Below the pieces are notes generated by a model, which did no database searches, was not told the origin of the DNA, and saw only the letters and a program-made list of their open reading frames with translations. From Gemmatimonadota bacterium (GTDB taxonomy: Bacteria; Gemmatimonadota; Gemmatimonadetes; Palauibacterales; Palauibacteraceae): DNA of 54,723 nt. Positions 29,157 through 40,403 of the stretch are shown here, in pieces. The stretch's first letter is position 1; each line of letters starts with the position of its first letter. The stretch is taken from the NCBI GenBank assembly GCA_033720355.1, contig JAWWCR010000003.1:1-54723 (forward strand), in the 5' to 3' direction. Made by a program: the position numbers and the translations under genes.

Positions 29157-29250
29157 AGACCCGCGGGCATCCGTCGCCGGGTGCCGCGCGTCGCTCCACC
29201 ATCTGAGGGTCTCGAGACCGAAGACGTCCGGGACCCCCGGCGAGCTTCCC

Positions 29251-29982
29251 ATGCGAATCTTCGAGCACTACCTCGATGAGATCGGTCGAGAGTCGCTCCT
29301 CTCGCCCGAGCGCGAGAGCGAGCTGGCGGCGCTGGCGAGAGACGGCGACGAGAGGGCGCGCCGTCGGCTGGCCACCGCCAACCTCCGGTTCGTGGTGTCG
29401 GTCGCCCGCCGCTACCGCGGGCACGGCCTGTCCCTCGGCGACCTCGTGAACGAGGGCAACCTCGGTCTGCTCAGGGCCGCCGAGCGGTTCGACGAGACGA
29501 GGGGCGTGCGCTTCGTGAGCTATGCGCACTGGTGGGTGCGTCGCGCGATCATCGAGGCGATCGATCGGCACGTCGCGCATCCGGTCGACGCGGTCCCGGT
29601 CGCGGAACTGTCGCTCGATGAGCCGCTCGATCCGGATGGGGACGGAACGCTCCAGGACATTCTCGCCGACCCGGACGCAGACCCGCCCGACGCACCGCTG
29701 TCGCGCGAGGTCCTGCGGACCGCGGTCGAAGCCAGCCTCGCCGATCTCCCGCGGCGCGAAGCGACCGTCGTGCGCCGCTACTATGGTCTCGAGTCGGGCT
29801 ACGCCGAGAATCTGCGCGAGATCGGCCGGGGGCTCGGGGTGAGTCCGGAGCGAGTGCGGCAGCTGCGAGATCGGGGGCTCGCGCGGTTGCGGGCGAGCGC
29901 GTCGAGACACGATTTGCGGGCGTTCGGAGAGGCTCGCGGAACCCGGATCCGCGCGGCTCGTCGGAGTGGGAGAACTGATTGA
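29251..29982 (+). CDS. RNA polymerase sigma factor, sigma-70 family (RpoD/RpoS-like regions 2-4, no region 1.1)
   Basis: Region 2 ANLRFVVSVARRYRGHGLSLGDLVNEGNLGLLRAAERFD...FVSYAHWWVRRAI. Region 4 HTH LREIGRGLGVSPERVRQLRDRGLARL. Confidence 0.85.
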   Translation: MRIFEHYLDEIGRESLLSPERESELAALARDGDERARRRLATANLRFVVSVARRYRGHGLSLGDLVNEGNLGLLRAAERFDETRGVRFVSYAHWWVRRAIIEAIDRHVAHPVDAVPVAELSLDEPLDPDGDGTLQDILADPDADPPDAPLSREVLRTAVEASLADLPRREATVVRRYYGLESGYAENLREIGRGLGVSPERVRQLRDRGLARLRASASRHDLRAFGEARGTRIRAARRSGRTD

Positions 29983-30007
29983 CTTTCCCCGACATGAGGA
30001 ATAGCTT
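29979..30007 (+). promoter_or_regulatory. Candidate sigma-70-like promoter upstream of the rplM leader (TTGACT - 17 nt - TAGCTT)
   Basis: -35 TTGACT at 29979-29984 overlaps the sigma gene stop. 17 nt spacer, -10-like TAGCTT at 30002-30007. Confidence 0.3.
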
Positions 30008-30031
30008 CACCGGCTGTCGCACGCTTGGCTA

Positions 30032-30055
30032 CCGCCCTGCCGGGCGGTTTTTTTT
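30032..30055 (+). terminator. Rho-independent terminator / possible attenuator immediately upstream of rplM
   Basis: CCGCCC-TGCC-GGGCGG followed by T8. The T-run ends 18 nt before the rplM ATG. Confidence 0.75.
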
Positions 30056-30073
30056 CCTACGGAAGTGGTTCGA

Positions 30074-30511
30074 ATGAAAACCTACTCGGTCAAAGCGGGC
30101 GAAATCGAGAGAAACTGGTACGTGGTCGACGCCGCCGACCAGGTTCTCGGTCGCCTCGCAACCGAGATCGCGCGAGTTCTGAGAGGGAAGCACAAGGCCA
30201 CCTACAGCCCGCACCTCGACACCGGCGACTACGTCGTCGTGGTCAACGCGGAGCGGGTTCGGCTGACCGGCCGGAAGGCGGATCAGAAGACGTACTTCCG
30301 GCATTCCGGATATATGGGCGGCGAACAGCTGATCCCGTTTCGCCGCATGCAGGAGCGACACCCCGAACGGGTCATCGAGCTCGCGGTGAAGGGGATGCTT
30401 CCGAAGAACGCGCTCGGTCGACAGATGTTGAAGAAGCTCCGGGTCTACTCGGGGCCCGAGCACCCACACGCCCCGCAGGCTCCCGAGCCCTTCGAGGCGG
30501 TCGCGCCGTAG
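30074..30511 (+). CDS. rplM: 50S ribosomal protein L13
   Basis: [45 protein letters not shown]. Confidence 0.95.
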   Translation: MKTYSVKAGEIERNWYVVDAADQVLGRLATEIARVLRGKHKATYSPHLDTGDYVVVVNAERVRLTGRKADQKTYFRHSGYMGGEQLIPFRRMQERHPERVIELAVKGMLPKNALGRQMLKKLRVYSGPEHPHAPQAPEPFEAVAP

Positions 30512-30531
30512 TCGGCAGCAGAGGACGATAA

Positions 30532-30921
30532 GTGGCAGATCTCGTACAGTCGGTCGGACGGCGGAAGAAATCGGTCGCGCGCATCACGATGCGGCCCGGG
30601 AGCGGCAAGCTTCTGGTCAACGGGCGCGACTTCGAAGACTACTTCCCGATCTCCAGACACAGGTCCTCCGTCGAAGAGCCGCTCAAGGCGACGCAGACGG
30701 AGGGCATCTACGACATTCAGGTCCGGGTCCGCGGGGGCGGCATCACCGGACAGGCGGAAGCGGCCCGGCTGGGAATCGCCCGGGCCCTGCTCGCGCTCGA
30801 CGAAGAGCGCCGCTCGGCTCTACGGGCGGACGGTCTCCTGACGCGCGATGCCCGTATCGTCGAGCGGAAGAAGCCGGGGCGGCCGAAGGCGCGCAAGCGT
30901 TTCCAGTTCTCGAAGCGATAA
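30532..30921 (+). CDS. rpsI: 30S ribosomal protein S9
   Basis: GRRKKSVARI...GGG..GQA.A...GIARAL, C-terminal RKKPGRPKARKRFQFSKR. Confidence 0.95.
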   Translation: MADLVQSVGRRKKSVARITMRPGSGKLLVNGRDFEDYFPISRHRSSVEEPLKATQTEGIYDIQVRVRGGGITGQAEAARLGIARALLALDEERRSALRADGLLTRDARIVERKKPGRPKARKRFQFSKR

Positions 30922-30946
30922 GCACGGAAGGCGGACCAGGACACGT

Positions 30947-31942
30947 ATGGATGTCGGTTTGAAGGACCTCTTGAGGGCGGGAGTGCACTTCGGCCACCAG
31001 ACGCACAGGTGGAACCCGAAGATGCGCAGATACATCTTCGCCGAGCGCGGCGGGATCTACCTCATCGACCTCAAGAAGACGCTCCGGGATCTCGAACGGG
31101 CTCAGGAGCTCGTCCGCAAGACCGTCCTGGAAGGGAAGTCGGTGCTGTTCGTGTGCACGAAGCCTCAGCTCGCGCCCGTCGTGCGTGCCGAGGCCGAGCG
31201 GTGCGGCTCTTTCTACGTGACCGAGCGCTGGCTGGGAGGGATGTTGACGAACTTCCAGACGATCAAGAAGAACATCCGCCGGCTGAAGGACCTGGAGCGC
31301 GGAGCCGAGGAAGGAGCCTTCGAGTTCTATACGAAGAAGGAGCAGCTCCTCCTGTCGCGCGAGCAGACGAAGCTCGAGCGGTATCTGTCGGGCATCAAGG
31401 ACATGACGAAGCTGCCAGGGCTCGTGTTCGTCGTGGACGCGAAGAAGGAGGAGATCGCGGTTCGTGAGTCGAACCGTCTCGGCATCCCGGTCGTGGCGAT
31501 CGCCGACACGAACGCCGACCCCGATCTTCTCACGATCGCGATCGCGGGGAACGACGACGCGATCCGTTCGGTATCGCTGATCACCGGGGCCATCGCCGAC
31601 GTCGTCGAGACGACGCGGCAGGAAGTCCCCGAGGCCAAGAAGGACGAGAAGAGCGGCGAGGCGTACACGTACTCGAGCGATGCGGGCGATGTGGAGGATC
31701 GGGGTGCGCCGTCGCGCAAGCGGCCGCGTCGTCGACCGTCGCCCGAGGCCATCGCGCAGCGGCTCCACCACGAGAAGGACGAGGCGGAGTCCGGTGAGGC
31801 CGAAGCCCCGGCTGCCGTCAAGACGGAGTCGGCCGTCGCGGTGGCGGAGGCCGACGACCCGGCGGACGAGAGCGACGCGACCGAGGGCGGTGACGCCGCG
31901 GAAGCGGATGGCGGTGACGATGGGGAGGGCAAGGACGAGTAG
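30947..31942 (+). CDS. rpsB: 30S ribosomal protein S2 with a long acidic C-terminal extension
   Basis: ATG 30947 gives MDVGLKDLLRAGVHFGHQTHRWNPKM. The conserved core is followed by a D/E/A-rich tail of roughly 100 aa. Confidence 0.95.
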   Translation: MDVGLKDLLRAGVHFGHQTHRWNPKMRRYIFAERGGIYLIDLKKTLRDLERAQELVRKTVLEGKSVLFVCTKPQLAPVVRAEAERCGSFYVTERWLGGMLTNFQTIKKNIRRLKDLERGAEEGAFEFYTKKEQLLLSREQTKLERYLSGIKDMTKLPGLVFVVDAKKEEIAVRESNRLGIPVVAIADTNADPDLLTIAIAGNDDAIRSVSLITGAIADVVETTRQEVPEAKKDEKSGEAYTYSSDAGDVEDRGAPSRKRPRRRPSPEAIAQRLHHEKDEAESGEAEAPAAVKTESAVAVAEADDPADESDATEGGDAAEADGGDDGEGKDE

Positions 31943-31948
31943 CACCGG

Positions 31949-31974
31949 GGGCCACTTCGGTGGCCCTTTTTTTT
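31949..31974 (+). terminator. Rho-independent terminator between rpsB and tsf
   Basis: GGGCCAC-TTCG-GTGGCCC followed by T8. Confidence 0.8.
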
Positions 31975-32035
31975 GGCCTGCACCCTCGGGGTGAACAGGC
32001 TTCTACGAACACGTGAAGCAAACGGAGTGATACGA

Positions 32036-32884
32036 ATGGCGGAGATCACGGCTGCGGCGGTGAAGTCTCTCCGCGACCGGACCGGCGCGGGGATGATGGA
32101 CTGCAAGAAGGCGCTTCAGGAGGCGGGCGGGGACGAGGAGTCCGCGATCGACCTCCTGCGTCAGCGCGGCGCCGCGAAGGCGGCGAAACGCGCGGCGAAG
32201 ACGGCGTCGGAGGGGACGGTCTGCATCGCCGAGCGCGATGGCACGGTCTCGATGGTCGAGGTTCTGACCGAGACCGACTTCGTGGCGCGCAGCGACGCGT
32301 TCGAGGCGTTCGCGAAATCGGTGGCGGAAGCGCTGTTCGACCTCCCGGTGACCGATGGCGAGGTGATGACGGGCGATGCGCTCTTCGCGACGGATGGGGG
32401 CGATGCCCTCGAGAAGGCCCTCGACGAACTGCGAGTGAAGGTCGGCGAGAACGTCCAGGTGGGACGGGCGGTTCGCTACGACGTCGGTGATGCCGGGGTC
32501 GTCGGCAGCTACCTCCACTTCGGGAATCGGATCGGTGTCATGGTCGAGGTGGCCGGCGCCGGCGACGCCGGCGTGGAGACGGCTCGCGGGATCGCCATGC
32601 ATGCAGCGGCCACGAACCCGGCGGGCCTGTCGCCGGAGGATATCCCTGCCGAGATCATCGAGCGCGAGCGCGCCGTCCTGATCGAGCAGGCGAAGGAGAC
32701 CGGAAAGCCGGCCGAGATCGCCGAGAAAATGGTCGAAGGACGGATGCGTAAGTTCTTCGAAGAGAACGCGTTGCTGTGGCAGACATTTGTCAGGGACCCC
32801 GATCTGAAGATCCGGGATCTCGTGGCGGACGCCGGCGACGACGCCACCGTGCGTCGGTTCGTCCGGTTCGAGGTCGGCGGCTGA
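32036..32884 (+). CDS. tsf: Translation elongation factor Ts
   Basis: [30 protein letters not shown]-like N-domain. SD GGAG upstream of ATG 32036. Confidence 0.95.
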   Translation: MAEITAAAVKSLRDRTGAGMMDCKKALQEAGGDEESAIDLLRQRGAAKAAKRAAKTASEGTVCIAERDGTVSMVEVLTETDFVARSDAFEAFAKSVAEALFDLPVTDGEVMTGDALFATDGGDALEKALDELRVKVGENVQVGRAVRYDVGDAGVVGSYLHFGNRIGVMVEVAGAGDAGVETARGIAMHAAATNPAGLSPEDIPAEIIERERAVLIEQAKETGKPAEIAEKMVEGRMRKFFEENALLWQTFVRDPDLKIRDLVADAGDDATVRRFVRFEVGG

Positions 32885-32892
32885 GCACCCGC

Positions 32893-33597
32893 GTGAAGTA
32901 CGGCCGCGCGCTGGTAAAGGTCTCCGGCGAGTCGCTCGCCGGAGAGCGCGGCTTCGGGATCGATCCCCCGGCCATCGAACAGCTCACGAAGGAGATCAAG
33001 GCCGTCCACGAGAGCGGGGTCAGCCTCGGTCTCGTGGTCGGTGGCGGAAACATCGTCCGCGGGACCGTGGCGAGCCGGCGGGGCATGGACCGCGTTACCG
33101 CCGATTACATGGGGATGCTGAGCACCGTCATCAACGCGCTCGCGCTCCAGGACATGCTCGAGCAGCACGGCGTCGGGACGCGGGTGATGACGGCGATCCG
33201 GATGGAGCAGCTCGCCGAGCCCTACATTCGACGCCGCGCCCTCCGCCACCTCGAAAAGGGCCGCGTCGTCCTCTTCGCCGGCGGGACCGGGAACCCCTAC
33301 TTTTCGACCGATACCGCAGCGGTGCTCCGCGCCATCGAGATGGAAGCCGACGTGATCCTCAAGGCGACGAAGGTCGATGGCGTGTACACCTCCGATCCCG
33401 AGGACGACCCGGACGCCGAGTTCATCGAGCGGATCAGCTACCTCGAGGTGATGACGAGGGAGCTCGGCGTGATGGACGCGGCGGCGATCTCGCTGTGCAA
33501 GGAGAACGAGCTGCCGGTCGTCGTGTTGAACATCAAGCGCCAGGGGGCCATCCTCGCCGCGCTTCAGGGCGAGCGGATCGGGACCCTCGTGGCCTGA
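32893..33597 (+). CDS. pyrH: UMP kinase
   Basis: GTG 32893 gives (M)[14 protein letters not shown]...VVGGGNI.RG...TDTAA.LRA.E. Confidence 0.95.
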   Translation: MKYGRALVKVSGESLAGERGFGIDPPAIEQLTKEIKAVHESGVSLGLVVGGGNIVRGTVASRRGMDRVTADYMGMLSTVINALALQDMLEQHGVGTRVMTAIRMEQLAEPYIRRRALRHLEKGRVVLFAGGTGNPYFSTDTAAVLRAIEMEADVILKATKVDGVYTSDPEDDPDAEFIERISYLEVMTRELGVMDAAAISLCKENELPVVVLNIKRQGAILAALQGERIGTLVA

Positions 33598-33612
33598 AAC
33601 CGGGAGGTCATC

Positions 33613-34170
33613 GTGCCCGAGAAGACGTTGAAGGCCGCCGAGCAGGCCATGGACAGGACGCTCGAGGCGCTGAGCCGCGAGTTCGCCACGGTCCGCACCG
33701 GGAAGGCATCGCCCGCCATCCTCGATTCAGTCAAGGTGGAGGCGTACGGGTCGCTTGTCGCGCTGAAACAGGTCGCGAACGTCGGGGTTCCCGAGCCTCA
33801 GCTCCTGCTGGTCCAGCCATACGACCCCAACATCGCCGGCGTGATCGCGAACGCGATCCAGAACGCCGATCTCGGTCTCAACCCGTCCGCTGACGGCGGT
33901 GTGGTGCGGGTGCCGATCCCGCCTTTGACCGAGGAGCGGCGGCGCGAGATGGTGAAGGTCCTCCACCGGATGGCGGAGGAGGGCAAGGTGTCGCTCCGAC
34001 ACGCCCGTCACGAGGCCCGGGACACGCTCCACAAGATGCAGAAGGCCGGGGAGATCGGTGAGGACGTGTGCAGGCGCGCCGAGGACCGCGTGCAGGAGAT
34101 TACCGACGGGCACACGACGAAGATCGACGAGATGCTGGCGCGCAAGGAAGCCGAGGTGATGGAGGTATGA
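33613..34170 (+). CDS. frr: Ribosome recycling factor
   Basis: 185 aa. TVRTGKASPAILD..V.V.AYG....L.Q.A......P..L.V.P.D and C-terminal helices. Confidence 0.95.
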   Translation: MPEKTLKAAEQAMDRTLEALSREFATVRTGKASPAILDSVKVEAYGSLVALKQVANVGVPEPQLLLVQPYDPNIAGVIANAIQNADLGLNPSADGGVVRVPIPPLTEERRREMVKVLHRMAEEGKVSLRHARHEARDTLHKMQKAGEIGEDVCRRAEDRVQEITDGHTTKIDEMLARKEAEVMEV

Positions 34171-34296
34171 GCCTGGGCGGGGGTGGTCGTCGCCGCGCCG
34201 TCGCCGCCTACGTGCGCGGACACGACCGGGTCTGGAGCCTCACGCGGATGAGAGGCATCGAGTCCGATGTAGGCGAATCCGGCATCGAGTGGTCGG

Positions 34297-35835
34297 ATGC
34301 CCCTGTCCCTCCGCGTTTCGGGGTCGGGGTCGCGCGCGAGATCGAGTTCCACCGCGGACCCGGCAGGGCCCGCGCCACGAATCGTCCGAAGCCGCGAGGG
34401 GGCACCTCCGACGGGTGATCGCCTTTCTCGCGAGGGGCGTCTCTCCGGGGCCGAGACCGGCTTCCGAGCGGCCCTCGATCGCACTCCCTCGCTGATCCCC
34501 TCCGGTGCCCGCGTGCTCGTCGCCCTGTCGGGGGGTGGTGACTCGCTGGCGTTGCTCCACCTGCTGCGGGAAGCGGCGGGGGCGCGTCGACTCGAGTTGC
34601 ACGCCGCGCACTTCGACCACGGGCTCCGACCGGATTCCGCCGTGACGGCGGCCCGCGTGGCGCAGATCTGCGCGGAGCTCGGAGTCCCGATTCGGCGCGG
34701 CGTCGCCGGCGAGCTCACCGGCGGTCAGGCCGCATCGCGGCGGGCCCGATACGCCTTCCTCGAGCGGGAGGCCGACGCCTGTGGCGCCGACCGCATCGCG
34801 CTCGCGCACCAGCTCGACGACCAGCTGGAAACCGTGCTCTTCAGACTCGTGCGAGGGACGGGCGTCCGGGGTCTCGCGGGGATTCCCGAACGTCGCGGTC
34901 CTTTCGTGCGGCCGCTTCTCGCCGTGCGTCGCGGCGAGCTCCGAGACTACCTCGCGTCGCGCGGCGAAGCCTGGCTCCCCGATCCGTCCAACCGCGACCG
35001 GCGGTACGCGCGAACGCGTCTGCGCGATGGGCTGCTGCCGGCCTTGCGGGGCGTCTGCCCCGACGACGGGGGTTCCCGTGGCCTCGACGAGACCCTCCTC
35101 CGTATCGCCGGTGACGCGCGAACCGTGGACGGGGTGCTCGACCGTCGCGCACGTCGCGTGCGGCGCGGCATCCAACCGGCGGCCGCGCCGGGGCTTGCGG
35201 ACGGCGGCTCGCAAATTGCTCCGGCCGTACCCCGGGACTATGATCCGGCGGTCCTCGCCCGGATTCTGCGGATCATGGCTCGCGAGCGCGATGTGCGGTT
35301 GTCGCGTCGAGGAACCAGGCGTGGCGTGGAGTTTATCACGCGACGCTCCGGCGGAGGATCGGCCGACGTCGGGGGCGGGTTGAGGCTCGAACGCGAGTAC
35401 GAACGCTACCGCCTCGTCTCCGCGGATCGCGACGTCGAGCCCGATCGCGAGGTCACGATCGAATCGCCGGTCGACGGCAGCGGTACAGCGAAGCTGGGCG
35501 GTCGTGTGTATCAGGTTACGTGGGGTGGGGAGGCGGGCGATCGATCGAGCTGGAGCGTCCGGCTTTCGACCGAGGCGCTATCCTTCCCCCTGCGACTGAG
35601 GGCCCCGCGGCCCGGAGACCGGATCCGGACGCCCGTGGGCTCGAGGAAGCTCAAGAAGCTGTTGAACGAACGACGCGTCCCGCGTACCGAGCGCCCCCGG
35701 GTGCCGGTGCTGGAGAGCGCCGATGGGCGGGTCCTGTGGGTCGCCGGACACGAGACGGCGGTCTGTCCCGGTCGATCCGGACCGCCCGCGCTGTTTTCGG
35801 TCGGCGTCGTTCCCGATGAGAGTGATGGAAGCTGA
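34297..35835 (+). CDS. tilS: tRNA(Ile)-lysidine synthetase TilS
   Basis: PP-loop VLVALSGGGDS and C-terminal TilS domain (RKLKKLLNERRVP...PVL). The first ~45 codons after ATG 34297 are low-complexity with weak GC3, so the true start may lie further downstream. Confidence 0.85.
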   Translation: MPLSLRVSGSGSRARSSSTADPAGPAPRIVRSREGAPPTGDRLSREGRLSGAETGFRAALDRTPSLIPSGARVLVALSGGGDSLALLHLLREAAGARRLELHAAHFDHGLRPDSAVTAARVAQICAELGVPIRRGVAGELTGGQAASRRARYAFLEREADACGADRIALAHQLDDQLETVLFRLVRGTGVRGLAGIPERRGPFVRPLLAVRRGELRDYLASRGEAWLPDPSNRDRRYARTRLRDGLLPALRGVCPDDGGSRGLDETLLRIAGDARTVDGVLDRRARRVRRGIQPAAAPGLADGGSQIAPAVPRDYDPAVLARILRIMARERDVRLSRRGTRRGVEFITRRSGGGSADVGGGLRLEREYERYRLVSADRDVEPDREVTIESPVDGSGTAKLGGRVYQVTWGGEAGDRSSWSVRLSTEALSFPLRLRAPRPGDRIRTPVGSRKLKKLLNERRVPRTERPRVPVLESADGRVLWVAGHETAVCPGRSGPPALFSVGVVPDESDGS

Positions 35836-36427
35836 GATGACGGTGCCGCTGAGCGGCGTGGAGCACGAGTCGGCGGAACGCGACTTCCGTGAGTACACCG
35901 GGGGTCGAGAATGCGGCCGCATCGTCTTCACCGCCGACGAGATCGCCGACCGCGTCGCCGAGATGGGACGCGAGATCTCGCAGGCATACGGGGCGGGCGA
36001 GCCGGTCCTGCTGCTCGGTCTGTTGAAGGGGTCGTTCGTCTTTCTCGGCGATCTCGTCCGTCGGATCCGGCGACCGCTCCACATCGACTTCCTCGTGGCG
36101 TCGAGCTACGGGGCGGGCAGGACGAGCTCGGGGGACGTGAAGCTGCTGTACGATGCCAACGCCCCGGTGGAGGGGCGGCATCTGATCCTGGTCGAGGACA
36201 TCATCGACAGCGGCACCACGTTGAACCGGCTGGTGGGCTCGCTTCTCGAGCGCGAGCCGGCATCGCTGGAGATCTGCGCCCTTCTGCACAAGCGGATCGC
36301 CGACGATCTTCAATACGAGGCGCGGTGGATCGGTTTCGACGCGCCGAACGAATTCCTGGTCGGATACGGGCTGGATCATGCGGAGGACTTTCGGCACCTC
36401 CCGTTCATCGCCAGCCTGCCGAACTAG
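35816..36427 (+). CDS. hpt: Hypoxanthine phosphoribosyltransferase
   Basis: PRPP-binding motif LILVEDIIDSGTTL, and SSYG....SSG.VK. Possible ATG starts at 35816, 35825 and 35837. Confidence 0.9.
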   Translation: MRVMEAEMTVPLSGVEHESAERDFREYTGGRECGRIVFTADEIADRVAEMGREISQAYGAGEPVLLLGLLKGSFVFLGDLVRRIRRPLHIDFLVASSYGAGRTSSGDVKLLYDANAPVEGRHLILVEDIIDSGTTLNRLVGSLLEREPASLEICALLHKRIADDLQYEARWIGFDAPNEFLVGYGLDHAEDFRHLPFIASLPN

Positions 36428-36445
36428 ATAGAAGAGGGATCGGAC

Positions 36446-38443
<1,998 letters not shown>

Positions 38444-38468
38444 CCGGGGCGCCACACCGGGAATCGAT

Positions 38469-39362
38469 GTGAGCGGGACCCGGTCTCCGGCGCCCGCACC
38501 GGTCTGGCGGCTGGCTGACCGGTCCCTGCGGCTGGACCGGCCGGTCGTCGCCGGCATCCTCAACGTCACGCCCGACTCGTTCTCGGATGGCGGCCGCTAC
38601 CTCGACCCGGTGCGCGCTGCCGAGCGCGCCTTCGAGATGGTCGAGGCGGGCGCCGGTCTCATCGACATCGGCGCCGAGTCCACGCGACCCGGCGCGCAGC
38701 CGGTCGATACCGACGCCGAATGGAGCCGGCTCGCGGACGTCCTCGACCGCCTCTCCGATCTTCCGGTCCCCATCTCGATCGACACCATGAAGGCCGGGGT
38801 CGCGGAGCGGGCGCTCGACCGGGGGGCGGTCGCGATCAACGACGTGTCGGGCGGACGGGACCCGGCGCTCGTCGATGTCGCCGCGCGTCGCGGCGCGGGA
38901 CTCGTCCTGATGCACATGAGGGGCAACCCTCGTACCATGCAGCGGGACACCGAGTACGCGGACGTCGTCTCGGACGTGCGCGACGCGTTGTCCGCCGCCC
39001 GGGATGCCGCGATCCATGCGGGGTGCGAGCCGGAGACGATCGCGGTCGACCCGGGTCTGGGTTTCGGGAAGTCGGTGGAGGGGAATCTGGAGCTGATCGC
39101 CAGGCTGGATGAGCTGACCCGGATCGGGGCCCCGCTCTGGATCGGCCCGTCCCGCAAGTCGTTTCTGGGCAAGCTGATGGACTGTGCGGTGGAGGACCGG
39201 CTGGAGGGCACGATCGCGACGTGTGTCGCCGCGCTGGCCCGCGGCGCGCGGGTGTTCCGGGTGCACGACGTCGGACCCGTGTGTCGGGCGCTCGGCGTCG
39301 CCTGGGCGGTCGAGCGGGCGGCGACCCCGGGCGTCACGGCGGGAGGGGGGGGACGGGCATGA
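38469..39362 (+). CDS. folP: Dihydropteroate synthase
   Basis: GTG 38469. GILNVTPDSFSDGG and DIGAESTRPG motifs. Confidence 0.9.
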   Translation: MSGTRSPAPAPVWRLADRSLRLDRPVVAGILNVTPDSFSDGGRYLDPVRAAERAFEMVEAGAGLIDIGAESTRPGAQPVDTDAEWSRLADVLDRLSDLPVPISIDTMKAGVAERALDRGAVAINDVSGGRDPALVDVAARRGAGLVLMHMRGNPRTMQRDTEYADVVSDVRDALSAARDAAIHAGCEPETIAVDPGLGFGKSVEGNLELIARLDELTRIGAPLWIGPSRKSFLGKLMDCAVEDRLEGTIATCVAALARGARVFRVHDVGPVCRALGVAWAVERAATPGVTAGGGGRA

Positions 39363-40291
39363 GCGGCTTCTTCGACTACATCCGCTTCTACCTTCCCGGA
39401 TGGAAGGACCTCGTCCAGATCGCCGTCCTGGCGTTTCTCATCTACCGGATTCTCATCCTGTGGTCCGGCACCCGCGCCTTCCAGATCCTCTTCGGGCTCG
39501 TCGTGCTTCTCGGGATCTACGCGATGGCCAACGTGCTCGGGCTCGCGATGTTCGAGACCGTGCTCTCGCAGGTCTTCACCTATGGGGCGTTCGCGTTGAT
39601 CGTGGTGTTCCAGCCCGAGCTGCGGAGCGCGCTGGCGCAGCTCGGTCGCAACCGGGTCCTCACCTTTCTCACGCGGCTCGAGCCACGTGGCGAGGAAGTG
39701 GCCGACGAGGTCGCGAAGGCCGCGGAACAGCTGTCTCGCAAGCGGATCGGGGCGATCATCGCCATTCAGCGGGAGCTCGACCTCGAACTCTACGTACAGA
39801 AGGACGGGACCCCGCTGCGCGCGGACGTATCGGCCGACCTGCTGGTGTCCATCTTCACCCCCCGCTCGCCACTCCACGACGGGGCGGTCGTGATCCGGGG
39901 GGGCGAGATCATCGGTGCGGGTGTCACGCTCCCGCTCAGCCAGTATCCGCTGGCCGACCGGTCGCTCGGCACCCGTCACAGTGCGGCGCTGGGTCTCTCG
40001 GAAGAGACCGACGCCTACGTCATCGTCGTGTCGGAAGAGACGAGCCAGATCTCGCTCGCCAGACGCGGTGTGCTGCGGCGCGGCCTGCAGCCCGAGCAGC
40101 TCCGTACGCGGATCGCCGCCGATGCGGATCCGTCCGAGCGACGATCTCTCGAGAAGGACCGCTCCGATCGGCCGCGCGAGGCCCTCGAGAGCGGGAGCGA
40201 GGCGGAGCGGCCCTCGACCGGGCCGGAAGGCCCGGAAACCGCGGCGGAGAGCGGGTTCGATGGCGAGGACGAGGTCGCCCAGCCCGTTTGA
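39359..40291 (+). CDS. cdaA: Diadenylate cyclase CdaA (c-di-AMP synthase), membrane-anchored
   Basis: ATGA overlap with the folP stop. Three N-terminal TM helices. DAC domain motifs DGAVVI, GTRH and VIVVSEETSQIS. Confidence 0.9.
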   Translation: MSGFFDYIRFYLPGWKDLVQIAVLAFLIYRILILWSGTRAFQILFGLVVLLGIYAMANVLGLAMFETVLSQVFTYGAFALIVVFQPELRSALAQLGRNRVLTFLTRLEPRGEEVADEVAKAAEQLSRKRIGAIIAIQRELDLELYVQKDGTPLRADVSADLLVSIFTPRSPLHDGAVVIRGGEIIGAGVTLPLSQYPLADRSLGTRHSAALGLSEETDAYVIVVSEETSQISLARRGVLRRGLQPEQLRTRIAADADPSERRSLEKDRSDRPREALESGSEAERPSTGPEGPETAAESGFDGEDEVAQPV

Positions 40292-40316
40292 CGGTGTATC
40301 CATACCGCCCTAAAAT
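40288..40316 (+). promoter_or_regulatory. Sigma-70-like promoter for the exbB-exbD-exbD-tonB cluster (TTGACG - 17 nt - TAAAAT)
   Basis: -35 TTGACG at 40288-40293 overlaps the cdaA stop. Exact 17 nt spacer, -10 TAAAAT at 40311-40316. Sits about 90 nt upstream of the exbB ATG in a locally AT-richer patch. Confidence 0.55.
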
Positions 40317-40403
40317 CATGAGCTAGCTGCGGAACGGCGGGGTGGTGCATCCGGGAGGGGGTGCCGTCTTCGGGCGGACGACGAACCCTGGCGGGCAGGC
40401 GAT

